Of a stretch of DNA of 64,000 nucleotides, positions 12,248 to 39,096 are shown in pieces (the stretch's first letter is position 1; every line of letters begins with the position of its first letter). The position numbers were made by a program, and so were the translations under genes. Source of the DNA: Amoebidium appalachense (taxonomy: Eukaryota > Protista > Ichthyosporea); contig CAVNZM010000002.1 of the NCBI GenBank assembly GCA_963693365.1, positions 12,952,328 to 13,016,327 on the forward strand, in the 5' to 3' direction. Under the pieces are notes generated by a model. The model was not told the DNA's origin and did not search any database. It worked only from the letters and a program-made list of their open reading frames with translations.

Positions 12248-12727
12248 TGTAAACAGTTGGACTAGTTAGGATAAGGCAGAGTACAACTGAATCAAAATAA
12301 AGACAGAGAACGGGTAGAAAGGCACACGCGGCCAGGTTGCTTTTACTATGGGCCGACTCAGTCTGTCTCAGACTTCACTGATGTGATCCCCGTACTGGGA
12401 CGGCTTTCTTATATAGCCCCCAGGTTTCGGATCAAGGCCCAGGATTGGTTCATCCGCGGCCAGCGCGGGTGGCAACATGCCATTCGTGATTCTGGTGCGG
12501 TCCGAGCCAGTCAGACCTTTGTCCTATTTATGCAAACCTCTTATTGGTTCACTTCGTTTATGTGGTATGCAGCTGAAGAACCATATATGGTTCAATTCTT
12601 AGGTCAGAGTGAGTCCTATTGGTGCGGACATAATATTTATGTGATATTCATGACAAAGCACGAATCGTGTGCTAGTAGATCACATTCTTTAGTAAACATG
12701 TACAGTTCATGTGTACAGTTGTTTACA
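12248..12727 (-). repeat. 3' LTR (480 bp)
   Basis: Appears identical to 15321-15800. Preceded on the minus strand by the polypurine tract GACAAGGGGGGGAG (12728-12741). Confidence 0.95.
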
Positions 12728-15305
12728 CTCCCCCCCTTGTCGGGAGCCTGGTGGTGTCGTTAGACAAGCAAACCACCAGGCTGAGAGGCGATAAACAACC
12801 TTCAGCGAGAATTCTTGTGTGTGCCGAGCTGCTGGACAGAACAGAGCAAGGACGGTGGAATAGAGTTGTGCACGTCTATGAGCACTTCTTCATTTGCCAA
12901 AACGTAAATTCATGCAGCATTCTTCTGTGATTTCATTTTCGTGGCGAAGATTGTTGCAGAGTGTGCGTGCGAATAATTCGCTAAGCCTTCGTCTCTGTGC
13001 TTGGCTTTTCTGTAGAAGTAGTATTTTCCTTTTTGGGAATTTTTCCTTTTTAGGATACTCCCGCAGATTCGTTTTCAATTGCGAGTAATTTGGTTGTGTG
13101 GATGAATGATCATACCAAACATTCGATAATGAATATAACTCGAGCCTTAGGTCACTTCGTAGCTCAGGTAGTGGTGGATAGCTTCAAGGCTTAGCCACTG
13201 CTCCTTATCCCGGTTCTACCATAAGACTGTAAGGCGAGTCACCATGGCCGGAAAAGCCACTTCTTTCATGAACAAAGAGCACTTCTTTCCTTTCAGCTTT
13301 AACCCTGCATCATCGGAGCTGGGAAAAACAGAATAAAAATGCCCAAGTGTTCTTCGTTGGGCGACATAAAGAAATATATCACCCGTCAGAACCAGTAAAA
13401 GCCCGGTTCATAATTCATAAGAAGAGGGTAGGCAAAGCAAGCCTCCTTCAGAAAACACATGCTTCCATTCGTGAGCAGTTTTCGTATCCCATTTGCCAGC
13501 CATTTTCGTTGAGCAGGGGGATTCCAGGCATAATACATTCTTCTGGAGGCTTGGCCTAAAAAGAAAAGTCGTCGGAGTCGCCCTTTCTTTTGTAAGCAAC
13601 TTCGTGAGCGCGCTTCGTGTTTTCATATTCTCCAGTGCAGGTCTGGATGGTGCCCCATCCTCTGCTTCATTTGTAGGTGGCCCTACTGTAGGTTCTGTTC
13701 GTTGTGTGGAATACCAAAACCATTCGTATTCGTGGAACTGCTTTGTGCTGTGCTTTCTTTCGTGTTGGTGTTCATGAAGTTACCCCGTTCACACACCCTA
13801 CTTCTTACATACATTAGATGTAAGTAGCTGCCTGGTGAGTGTGTGGTTCGTGTTCGTGGCATTCTTCTGTTCCTTCGTGAGAAGAATATTCGTTTTAGCA
13901 GAGGTGCCCAATAAGGCAGCTTGTGGGGTTGTCTCCCGCATGTGCCCATTGGTGGGGTATGCACGTGCTAAATTGTTACAGTGTCATCATATTGCAAGGG
14001 AATAACATGGTCACCTCCGTACCAGGGCCTAGTAGGTACACATGATGGTCCGATGTGTTAGTCAACAACACCTTGCATTCGTATTCGTATTTGTCTTCCA
14101 CGTCACTTTCTTCAGTAGTGAAGGAGGGTATTCGTAATTCGAAACTGAAAGGCTTCCAGCCAAAATACTGACACTGTATGATGGGGTTGTGAGGGAGCGG
14201 TGCCCATACCACATTCTTTTGTTCTGGTGGGGGTGTGCCGGCAGCTAGTGCAAGGCTTGACAGTGTAATTGGTATGTTACACAGTATTGCCACAGACGGG
14301 CATTCACCTTAAAATTCGTACCCAACACCTTCTTTGTTTTTCACATGCATGAACAAAAGTTCTGCATCGACTTTATTACATGCCTTTTGTGCACCAAGAG
14401 TGCAAATTCGTTAGGGCGTGGCACCAGGAAGGGCCGCCATACATGAGTCAGGCATATGTTCGTAATGTGTTTAGGCATGCCAGCATACATTCATGCGCAT
14501 GTTGTGCATCCTGGGCGCTAAACTATGGGGCATGCTGTATTCGAGAACAGCAAGGGATTCGAAGCATGCATGCAACACTACTTTCATAAGATCTTAGGTC
14601 CTACATGCTATAGCAACAGCGACTATCTTCTTCGTTAAGTGCATTTGTGCTGAAAGTGGCCGTGCATCTGGCTTGCGAGTGTGGACGTGCATGCGGTGGC
14701 ATGGACACGATGGCAGTGTGCAATAGGGCAATGCACGCAAGGGCAACGGTTTTATTTTCTTCCTAACATAGAGGGGGCTGTGTGCATTGCAACCCAAGCA
14801 GTGTTGTGCATTTGTCCTTTCATTTTCGTATTTCCAGTTCATTTTGCTTTCGTTTTTCGTTTTTTGTCGTTTGATAACTTCGTTACTTCGTTTTGTTTTC
14901 GTGTTGCATTCATTTCGTATTTCCTCTATGCAATCGTTTGTCGTTAATTCTTTATTTCATTGTGTATTCGTGATGGTTCGTTTTTCGTTGGTTCATTGCT
15001 TCGTTAGCAATTCTTTATTCGTTTGTTCGTGTATTCGTTGTTTCGTTGTGTATTCGTTTTTCTTCACATTTTTGATGTGTCGTAGCAAAAGAAGTTTTAC
15101 ATGCTTTCAATTCTTTCCGTGTAGGTGGGCTGGCCACTTCAAACTTGTAGGTGTATATATTCTAAGCCGGACAAGGAAAGATGTGCCTATCATCGGGGTA
15201 AAAAGGATTGTGATCGGCCATGGGAGATTCTTGAGCTGATTGAAAGATGTGAGATTCTTGAACTGATTGAAAGATGTGAGATTCGAAGGATGCGAGATTC
15301 TTGAA

Positions 15306-15319
15306 CTGCGCGGTCGCCA
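15306..15319 (-). promoter_or_regulatory. Primer binding site, probably tRNA-Arg(UCG)-like
   Basis: Minus-strand TGGCGACCGCGCAG lies 1 nt after the 5' LTR and is complementary to a tRNA 3' end ...CGCGGUCGCCA. The tRNA identity is recalled from eukaryotic tRNA-Arg(UCG) acceptor stems (GACCGCG) and is not verified. Confidence 0.7.
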
Positions 15320-15320
15320 A

Positions 15321-15800
15321 TGTAAACAGTTGGACTAGTTAGGATAAGGCAGAGTACAACTGAATCAAAATAAAGACAGAGAACGGGTAGAAAGGCACAC
15401 GCGGCCAGGTTGCTTTTACTATGGGCCGACTCAGTCTGTCTCAGACTTCACTGATGTGATCCCCGTACTGGGACGGCTTTCTTATATAGCCCCCAGGTTT
15501 CGGATCAAGGCCCAGGATTGGTTCATCCGCGGCCAGCGCGGGTGGCAACATGCCATTCGTGATTCTGGTGCGGTCCGAGCCAGTCAGACCTTTGTCCTAT
15601 TTATGCAAACCTCTTATTGGTTCACTTCGTTTATGTGGTATGCAGCTGAAGAACCATATATGGTTCAATTCTTAGGTCAGAGTGAGTCCTATTGGTGCGG
15701 ACATAATATTTATGTGATATTCATGACAAAGCACGAATCGTGTGCTAGTAGATCACATTCTTTAGTAAACATGTACAGTTCATGTGTACAGTTGTTTACA
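15321..15800 (-). repeat. 5' LTR (480 bp)
   Basis: TG...CA termini with an 8-bp inverted repeat. TATATAA on the minus strand at ~15482-15488. Confidence 0.95.
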
Positions 15801-16700
15801 AGCTGTTCCTTGCCTGGTGCGCCATGCGTGCGGTGCAAGCCCGGACCATGCCCAGCATCGTCTCCGCCGTCAACAGCCTGCACCGCAGCTTGGGCATGGC
15901 ACCACCAGCGGGCTCCGGCCAGCAGAGCCTTCAGTGGTTTATCCGCGGGGCTGGCCGCTTCCTGCTGCTGGAAGGCAGCCACCGGCCCAAATGAGTGCTC
16001 GAGCCCCTCCTCCCAGCCGACCTCCGCGCCCTCCTCCCAGTCATCCAACCGGGCTCTTCATTGGAAGCCCTGCGTCTGTGGGCTGCCCTGCTGCTTGGCA
16101 GCTCGTGCCTCCTGCGCTCGGGCGAGTTCACGTCCAAATCTGCGGCCAAGTTCAACCCCCTCCTTCACGCCAAGCGTCGCGACGTCCAGCTCCTATGGCA
16201 GGATGGCCGCCTGATTGGGGCAACAGTCTTCCTGCCGACATCTAAGACCGACCCCACGGGCAAGGGTGTTACCATCCGGGTGCCCGCCTTCCCGGAGGAG
16301 CCTTCCTTCTGCCCAGCAGCCAATCTAGCCCTCTTCCTGGGGGTCTCGTCAACCAGGGCAGGCATCCACCCAGATGCACCCCTGTTCAGCGTCGACGGCA
16401 GCCCTTACCTCAAGAGCACCTTCATCGCCGGTTTCCGCACAGCTCTACACCATGCGGGCTACGGCCCCGACCGGTACGCCGGCCACAGCCTGCGCATAGG
16501 GGGGGCCACTGCAGCTGAGAGAGCGGGCCTACCTGACGCCACCATCAAAGCCCTTGGCCGCTGGGCATCAGACGCATTCATGGTCTACATCCGGCTGCCC
16601 CACCGCGACGTGCAAGCCTCCATTGCCACCGTCTGGTCACACCAGGGCCTCGCCACGGGACCTTGGGGCGGACCCCCTACATCGCAGTAGGGGGGCCTTG

Positions 16701-17355
16701 TGGTGCGGGGGGGGCTCATGGCATGGACCCCCCCTGGCGGCCCCCGCCTCGGCCGCCCCTTGGGTGCAGGCACGACGGCCTGCACTCCACGGACACGGGG
16801 GGCATGAGGCAAGCACGAGTGAGTGATGTGAATGTACGTTTCATATGCGCAGCAGATGAAAGATGTTTCACGGATCACTTCGGGCGCAGGCAGCCGGGCG
16901 GCCCATGACGTCACGGGCCGCGGCGCCAGGCGCAGCCGCAGCGGCGGCTGACATCGGTCTGGCGCAGCGCCTGACGTCAGGCGCCACCAGCGCCGGTATT
17001 TCCGGCGCAGCACACTGCAGATGCAGGCCACCTTCGTTTTCGCCGTGTGCTGCACGTACGGTTTTTGTTAGCACGATTGCGTTTTCGGTGGCTAGCACAC
17101 GGCGGCTCCCACCCACCCACCTCTCAGTCTGTATACATGACGGTGTACGTATGCGACTGTGACTGGCTCACAGCCCGATTGCAGCGGCAATAAAGCATGT
17201 CGAGGCGGGGCCCAGCCCCGGCTGGTGCGGGGGGGGCTCATGGCATGGACCCCCCCTGGCAGCCCCCGCCTCGGCCAGCCCCTTGGGTGCAGGCACGACG
17301 GCCTGCACTCCACGGACACGGGGGGCATGAGGCAAGCACGAGTGAGTGATGTGAA
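16701..17355 (+). repeat. Split direct repeats B1-A2-(114-bp spacer)-B2
   Basis: B1 (16701-16832) and B2 (17223-17355) differ by one substitution and one 1-nt indel. The B1/A2 junction gtgaa|tgtacg reproduces the expected circle junction. AATAAA lies in the spacer at 17189-17194. Confidence 0.93.
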
Positions 17356-18885
17356 ACAAGGCCACTCCACGGTCATCTAGAAACACCGACAAGGCCTTTG
17401 TTCCAGGCCCGGGTCGAGATAAGGAGGCCGCGGTTGGTGCAAGAGCAGGGCTGGATACAAGCCAGTGTATGGTCACACGTGTACATGCTGCGCAGGCACA
17501 GTGCCTCTGACCCTGCGGACTCGGCAGTGAGGTTGAGATGCCTGCACACACGTATACACATATCATATCCAACCGACACCGTGACGATCGGCATAAATGG
17601 AAAACTGTACGCCCACGCACGTACGGACACGCAATCAGCACACAAGCACACGCACGAACACACTTGGAGACCCGGCACGTACCGTGACACACCCACGTGC
17701 AGCACTGGCACATCCACAATGTTCCACACACGGTGCCACACACGCACAAGCACACACCCTGTCACGCGCGCGCGCACGATCACACGCACACATACAAGCA
17801 CGTACATACACAGACACTCACACGCACCCACCCACCCACATATACATACACATACATATACAGACACTCACACGCACCCACCTACCCACACGCACGTATA
17901 CCTTCTGAGTCGACTCCGTGCAAAGTAAGGCACGTGCAACGGTTAAAAACAAACCATCCGACAGGGATAAAGGGGTTTCTGGGCAGACGTTTCTGAAGTT
18001 GAAAGTTTCAAAAAATGGACAGGTTGTCGTGAGAAAGAAGGGGTCACGGTGTGATCATGATGGTCGGGTATGAAGTGGGCCTAGCCTGGGCATTGCGGGA
18101 AAGCATTTGGGTGGAGGGTACCGTCCGAAACACACCCGCGGCAAGGGGGGAGACAAAGAGAGAGGCCGGGGAAGAAAATAGGGATAAGCAGAGAAGGGTA
18201 ACGGGGAAGGAAAGGGGGGTAGGGAGGGTGGAGGGGGGGTAGGAGAGAGAGAGCAAGAGAGGAGAGTGTGTGAGAGAGGGACTTGAGAGTGAGTGAGATG
18301 GGGGAGAGGGGAAGACGAACCTGAGAGTGGGCCCGGGGGGAGTTCAAGGTGGAGAGATAGAGCACGCACGCACGAGAGAGGGAGGGGGAGAGAGAGAGAG
18401 AGTGTGTGTGTGTGTGAGTATGTGCACGTGTGTGTGTCGGTGAGTTGAAGATGGCTCTGACAGACAGAGAGGAAGACGTGTGCACGTCCCCTTTCTCTCT
18501 TGCTTGCTCCTTCTTTGTGGGTGCCTACTGACCCATCCGGTTGCACTATCCACGTGCTATGAGTTTATTTCAATCCTCCTGTGCTTCAGGATGACAATCA
18601 CTGACACCAGCAACTTGGATGTTGGCGTTATCATATAAATAACGAGAGACTTCTCAAAAGTAGTTACCTGATAAATATGAAAGATGACGAGCAATGTTGC
18701 CGTGGTTTGCCTTACAATATTTACATTCCTGCATTTACTAAAGAAGGGACATTCAGTCGTTTATATACTCTCCTTGCTCAACCTTCCCCACCCCCCCCCC
18801 CCCCCCCCCCCTCCCCCAAAAAAAAATAAAAAAAAGAAAAGAAAAAAAGGAAAAAGAAAAATCAACATGATCAAACACCACCACA

Positions 18886-18918
<33 letters not shown>

Positions 18919-18977
18919 ACGTGCGCTTTGTCTCTCTATCTCTCTCTTCACACCCACACACACACCTCGTGCTCCGT

Positions 18978-19190
18978 TCAGTGCACGTCTCTCTCCTGCA
19001 TCTCCATGACCGAAAAGTTGAGTTCGTCCAGCAAGATATCCAGCTCTGTTTTCAAAAAGTCTACGTAGCTGCCGTTGATGAAGATCATGTCTGGTGTTTC
19101 GGCCATAGTGTCGATAATGAGATCTTTCTTGGTCTCTGCTTTCTTTAAAACGAATTGTTTCATGGCTGGATCACTGTGAGGGAATGAAAT

Positions 19191-19221
<31 letters not shown>

Positions 19222-20176
19222 GTGTGTTTCGGGGGGAGGGGGTGGGTGGGTGGGGGGGTGGGTGGGGGGGGGGGGGGGGGGGGGTGATTTATGCGTTAGA
19301 GGGTTGGAAATATGGAGGAGACAACAAAGAGCAACAACAAAGCGTCACAAAGGTGGGATTTCCAAAATCAAACAATTTAAAAGGGGGGGGGGGGAGGGAC
19401 CGAGGGAGGTATGTAAGTTCATGTACACTCGTTTGCTTTTGCACACCTGCCAAGGTGTACTGTGAGGAGGCAAAGGGGGGGACAGGAAAAGAGGGAGATT
19501 GGGGGGGGGGGGGGGATATTCAGGTGCTCAAAGGAAGAGTCCAAAAAATAAACAGCAAGAGTGACAGAGTGGGGGCACGTGTGCAGATAGTGTGTGGTTG
19601 TGGTAGGAAGTGTGCGGGGCCAAGGAGAACACTTCACGTGAGGTAGTGTGTGTCCACACGTCAAATTTTAGGGTACACGCAGGCAGGGGGAGGCCGGGGG
19701 AGACAGGGAGGGTTGGGGGGAGAGGGGACAGTTTCTGTACTATGAGCCGATGCAGGGAATCTAGTTAATAGGGTGGCCACACGGGGGACAGAGAGAGAGG
19801 GGGGGGGGGGGGGGGGGGAGGGGGGGTAGTACGTGTGTGTTGTGGTAATTTAGGGGATTGGGGGGGGGGGGAGGCGGGGAAGGGCGGTCCAGAAGGTGAA
19901 GAATTTGGCCACACACACACACACACTATCTTTCTCTCTCTCTCTCTCTACCCCCCCCCCTCCCCCCCCCTCCCCCTCCCCCCCTCCCCCCTCTATTCCC
20001 CTCTCCCACCCCTCCGCCCTTTCGCTCTCTCTCTCCCTCTCACTCGCACTCCCCCAAATTTCCAATATATACACACACACACCTTTAATCCACAGTCCTC
20101 TCTTCTCACATTCCCAACCACAGAAGAAGAAAAAAGAGCGTATAGGCTAAAGGGATAGAAAGATGGGGAGGTGTGT

Positions 20177-20259
<83 letters not shown>

Positions 20260-20469
20260 GGAGGGGAGGGAAATTGAATGGGAGGAGCTTTGGGTGGTAA
20301 ATTCTCAAGTGACAAGGTGCAAAGGAGGGAGAGTCAGGTTGCCCAAAATTTTTTTTTAAAGCACGTGTTGGTATATGTGTGTGTGCCTGGACGGGGGGCC
20401 GGAGGGTTGGGGCAGGGAGACCCTCCGGGGGCAAGGGGTGCCGGGGGGGGGGGGGGGGGGGGGGGGGTG

Positions 20470-20528
<59 letters not shown>

Positions 20529-21010
20529 ACGGGTGTGTGCTTCTGTGTGCCGGGTGTCTTTGTCACTCGGTCGTTAAAAAATGGAGGAGGAGGTGGAGTA
20601 TGCAAAGTTCACAAGCAACATGAATAATGCATGGAGGTGAGGTAAAGCCAGACTACAATAGTGAGTATGGTTAGCGGAGGGAGTTGACCAGACGTGAAGG
20701 CCCTCCTCCCCCCCCCCCCCACCCCCCCTCTCTCCCTCTTTCCCCCACCCACCCACCCACCCAAGTTTCCCCCCTTCCCATTCAGACAATCATGCAGAGA
20801 AACGCCGGCGTAAAGGCTGATAATCGAGCAAACCAAATAAATCGAAGTGTAACAAGGCACAACAGTGCGTCTGCAAGGCCCCAACAAGCCAACAGGAATC
20901 AAGATGGGAAAAAACAAAAAGAAAGGAAAGTCACCACAAAAAGGAAACAGCGCAAAAACCTACCACTTGACCAGCATGCCGTGAAACGCCCGTGGGCCCT
21001 CTTTGCTCAT
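18978..21010 (-). CDS. GTF2H5: TFIIH subunit p8 (TTDA/Tfb5)
   Basis: Exons 21010-20964 and 19173-18978 (phase-2 GT-AG intron in the Cys codon) give MSKEGPRAFHGMLVKCDPAMKQFVL...ELDILLDELNFS..., 80 aa. The G-x-L-x-x-CDPAMKQF motif is characteristic of Tfb5. Confidence 0.92.
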
Positions 21011-22667
21011 TTTTGTCTCTTGCACCATTAAGGAAACGAAGTATATGCACCACGGGAGTGGTTTACGTTCGAATTCCCACGAGGTTGGTTGTGTAAGATT
21101 GTGTCTTCCGCGATCCAGTACCAGTATGATTACTTTCTGTCTCCGTTCGAACCATAACCTAAATCATTGAAGAAGCTTAATGAAGAGCTGTTGTAAGTGC
21201 GGTGTGTGTGCGGTAAGTTGAAAAAGAAAATGCCGAGAGAGAGAGAGAAAAAAAAAAGGAATTTCTTTGCGGCCTCGGTCGCTCGTCACAGTGACGTAAG
21301 CTGTTCAATCAGATCCGCAATGACGGGGACTGGTGCAAAATGTTTGATCAGATCAGCTGACAGCTGCAGTACTAGATCTGGTGTTACCAAAAACACGTGA
21401 GGCATAAAAAACCGCAAACAGGAATTTCAAGAAACCCAAAAAAATAACATACAAACATTATACTTCAAAATAAACTACAAATATTGGGGCACTCTATACG
21501 TTGTTATTATTTTTCTTATTTTTTGATTAATTCTAGGTATAGGTCTTATGATCAGATTGATCATGTTTTGCTATAGCATTGCGAGCTCAGAAGAAAAAAA
21601 TCTCGCTCGCTCTCCTTTCTGCAGAAATTTTAAACAGGGATTGCAGTCAACTAAAAATATTTGCTAAAAATGTCAGTTTTAATGCACCAACCAGAACCGT
21701 GTATTTTTCTATAAGCCTTGAGTAACCCTATGTACTTGAAACCTAACGGTTGCTTTTGGTTGCCTCTTGCCGCTCCAAGTCACGCAAGCTTCAGATCCCG
21801 TAGATCAGGGTTCGAATCGGATCGCCTCGTGGAACCCTGAGCCGCGGCGCCGCTTCAAATTACCCAAGAGCTATTTTTCTTTTTCTTTTTAGCTACATTC
21901 GTACCTAAGATATTATTATCTTCTTATATGCATCTTTATGTAATTAATGATTAAGCTAAAGTACTGTATAATAAAACCTTTCGCTAGCAAGCTTTTGAGG
22001 GTTGACAATAATAATAGCTATACTTGTTTTCCGGTATAAAGTAGAAAAAGTAGAAACAATTAGGAAATCAACTATATCCCAGTCCCAAATGATTTATTCA
22101 ACCGAGCGTTTGTTGGCCAATCGCGTATCACACTTTGTGCTTTAATGCGCTTTTTAATTTTATAATCTGGAGATTTTTGCCGAAGTCTAATTAGGCGGCT
22201 GGCGTCCGTTGCGGGACCCTATAATAATAGATGCCCACTGTGCGTGGAGCTTCGTTCCAATCAACTTTCGGCCTGTTCAAAATGAATCATGACAGTGGCT
22301 AAGTGTGGCTTCCGTCTAAGCTTTATATACTCGTAGTCTAAAGTATGTATCCGCGCTTTTTTCTCCATCTGAAACTTATCTATTAAGTCACACAGTTGAG
22401 TGCATTTGTGTTTGCGCCATCAATAATGCCACATGCATCTTCGCCTCCCATGATCAAGTAAACTGGCCACTTCAAACATAGTCTAGCGAATGGAGAAAGC
22501 AATACCGTCGGAACTTAGAACCTTTATATGGCGTATTAGCGGGAGCATACCGTGCACCGTGGTACAGAAGTTAGGTTCGGGCGAAGAGGGGTAGCAAGGG
22601 CTGCGACAAACCTTTGGGGGCACAGTTTTGAGTATAATCTCAGGCACATCCTGCCTGCACCGTAAAC

Positions 22668-37129
<14,462 letters not shown>

Positions 37130-37462
37130 GTAGGTGGAAGGGGAAAAGGGTACAAAGATTGGCAAAACACTAAAAAAAGGCTAAATGTAGTCGACATTTC
37201 CATACGGGTTTCCTTGAAAGAAGACCATTGCATTTTTTTATTTTTGTTGTTTTGAAAAAGAGGGAGATATACCAGATCGTGCCATTTTTAGGCAAAGCCA
37301 ATCAGTCAGTGTGGCTTTTGTTCGACATATAATAGAGTCATATTGACGTCTGGTCGAGAAATGTCGACTTGGGATTTTTTTGTTTTCCATCTTTGGTTTC
37401 TGCCCCCCCCCCCCCCCTCCCCCCCCTCCCCCCCTCCCCCCCCCCCCCCCCCCTTTTTTTTT

Positions 37463-37497
<35 letters not shown>

Positions 37498-38132
37498 CGT
37501 GCGTGCGTGTGTGCGTGTGTGGTGTGCGTGTGCATGTGCATGTTCGTGTTCGTGTGTATGTGTGTGTTGGGGGGGGGCCCCGGGGGGAGGGGGGGGGAGG
37601 GGGGGGGGGGGGAGGAGGAGGGCTACAGCGCTGACATAGGCAGACAAACACAGCCCGCTTATCATGCGTATCAGTAACTAATAGTTATTATTCCACAAAT
37701 GGACCGTTGGAGTGCGCAAACATGCATTAACCTATTTGATAGTGTGCAAAAAAACTGTGTTCTTCTAACAGTGGTCACCTCTCCCCTCAGGGAACCAAGT
37801 CTATCGCCCCCTCGTGATTTTCCACCCAATAAAGGTGGGCTACCGAGTACCACCACCACCACCGATTGGATCGTTCTGGCACATGCACGTATGTTCACCC
37901 TTTGCTTCGGTAGCATGAATGGTTTGGCGATATTCTATATTTTTCCTTGTTTTTTTTGTTTTTTTTTTAAAGGAAGTAGCCTTAAGCGTACCTGTTTGTT
38001 ACTATTAAGGTTGAAATCTCCCTCCAGGTTGGCCACTATTAATCTTGAAGGGGTAGCCAAAGAAAATCTTTTGCCAAGGGTTTGAAGGAAGGCGGGGAGA
38101 GAAAGGGCTAATTTAGGGGAAATGGTTACATG

Positions 38133-38169
<37 letters not shown>

Positions 38170-38412
38170 GATGACCCGCTCCCGGCCAGTAATGGTAGGT
38201 TAAAAACACCACAGCAGATGCCATGATACATGTCATATACCGGTTATGGTGATATGACCGTGACATAAGTGTACCCGTGTTGATAGTTGTAAACAGAAGG
38301 GCTCGATAACCCTCCATGTCAAATTTAATTACTCTATGTTCCATGAACGTTGGTTCATGGAACATAGAGTAATCACCCTAATGTTAGCATGCCAATTGAA
38401 TTTCCCAAGTAG

Positions 38413-38449
<37 letters not shown>

Positions 38450-38625
38450 TGATGACTTGGGCCCTCCCTGAGGATGGGCTCTGCTTATGATGCATACTGT
38501 GCGCATTGCTGCTATTGCATACTTGAATGTTTGCCTTTGCATGTGTCCTGCACCATGCTTCTCATCGTGTATGCGTACTTCGCACCGTGTTCCGCATTCA
38601 ACCCCCCCCCCCCCCCCCCCCTTTT

Positions 38626-38676
<51 letters not shown>

Positions 38677-38941
38677 GGGGGGGATCAAGGCCTCCTGGGA
38701 GATTAGGAGGCCTTGGGAGGGATACGTTGAGACACATGTACAGGTACACGGGAAGAACAAAAAAGCGAAAAGCAACCCCCCCCCCCCCCCCCTCCCCGGG
38801 TGGAAGGATTTTGTCGAAGCTTGGAACTAAGGAGGTTACCCAACCTGGACCCAGCCAGTCAGAGACTACTTAAGACTACCTTAGTCTAGAGTCAGGTTCG
38901 TCTTGGGGATTTCCCCCCCCCCCCCCCCCCCTTTTTTTTTT

Positions 38942-39003
<62 letters not shown>

Positions 39004-39064
39004 GTGGGGGGGGGGGGGGGGGGGGGGGGGGGAGGTTCATGACGCCGTATGATGTTTGTTTGTG

Positions 39065-39096
<32 letters not shown>

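Larger units (their letters stand above)
12248..15800 (-). mobile_element. Non-autonomous Ty3/Gypsy-derived LTR retrotransposon nested in the YR gene
   Basis: 480-bp LTRs (TGTAAACA...TGTTTACA). 5-bp TSD agctg at 12243-12247 and 15801-15805. PBS and PPT on the minus strand. The interior lacks long ORFs but keeps an RT remnant AGLKLKGKKCSLFMKEVAF (~13252-13308). Confidence 0.95.
12012..16690 (+). pseudogene. Tyrosine recombinase ORF split by an LTR insertion and carrying an in-frame stop
   Basis: The N-part 12012-12247 (...SYSSYQRQFIDFI...PAQVQL) joins in frame to 15806 (FLAWCAM...) once the insert and one TSD are removed. TGA at 15992-15994. Catalytic motifs LRSGE, SKTD, HSLRIGGAT and LGRWASDAFMVY are present. 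Confidence 0.92.
8092..17355 (+). mobile_element. Ngaro/PAT-type DIRS-order tyrosine-recombinase retrotransposon with split direct repeats (inactivated)
   Basis: Structure A1(8092-8367)-gag-RT/RH-YR-B1(16701-16832)-A2(16833-17108)-spacer-B2(17223-17355). GC-rich relative to the flanks. No TSD is visible, as expected for YR integration. Confidence 0.95.

Noticed and set aside
12383-12763. 126-aa ORF repeated at 15456
   Set aside because: Lies within the LTRs on the antisense strand, so its duplication just reflects LTR identity.
15992-15994. TGA readthrough/selenocysteine in YR and programmed frameshift at 10861
   Set aside because: Both interrupt conserved domains in a copy already disabled by an insertion, and no slippery site or SECIS is evident. 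Mutation or read error is simpler.
21780-21825. tRNA-like segment (cttcagatc...gggttcgaatc)
   Set aside because: A B-box-like motif is present but no acceptor stem, D-arm or paired T-stem can be built.
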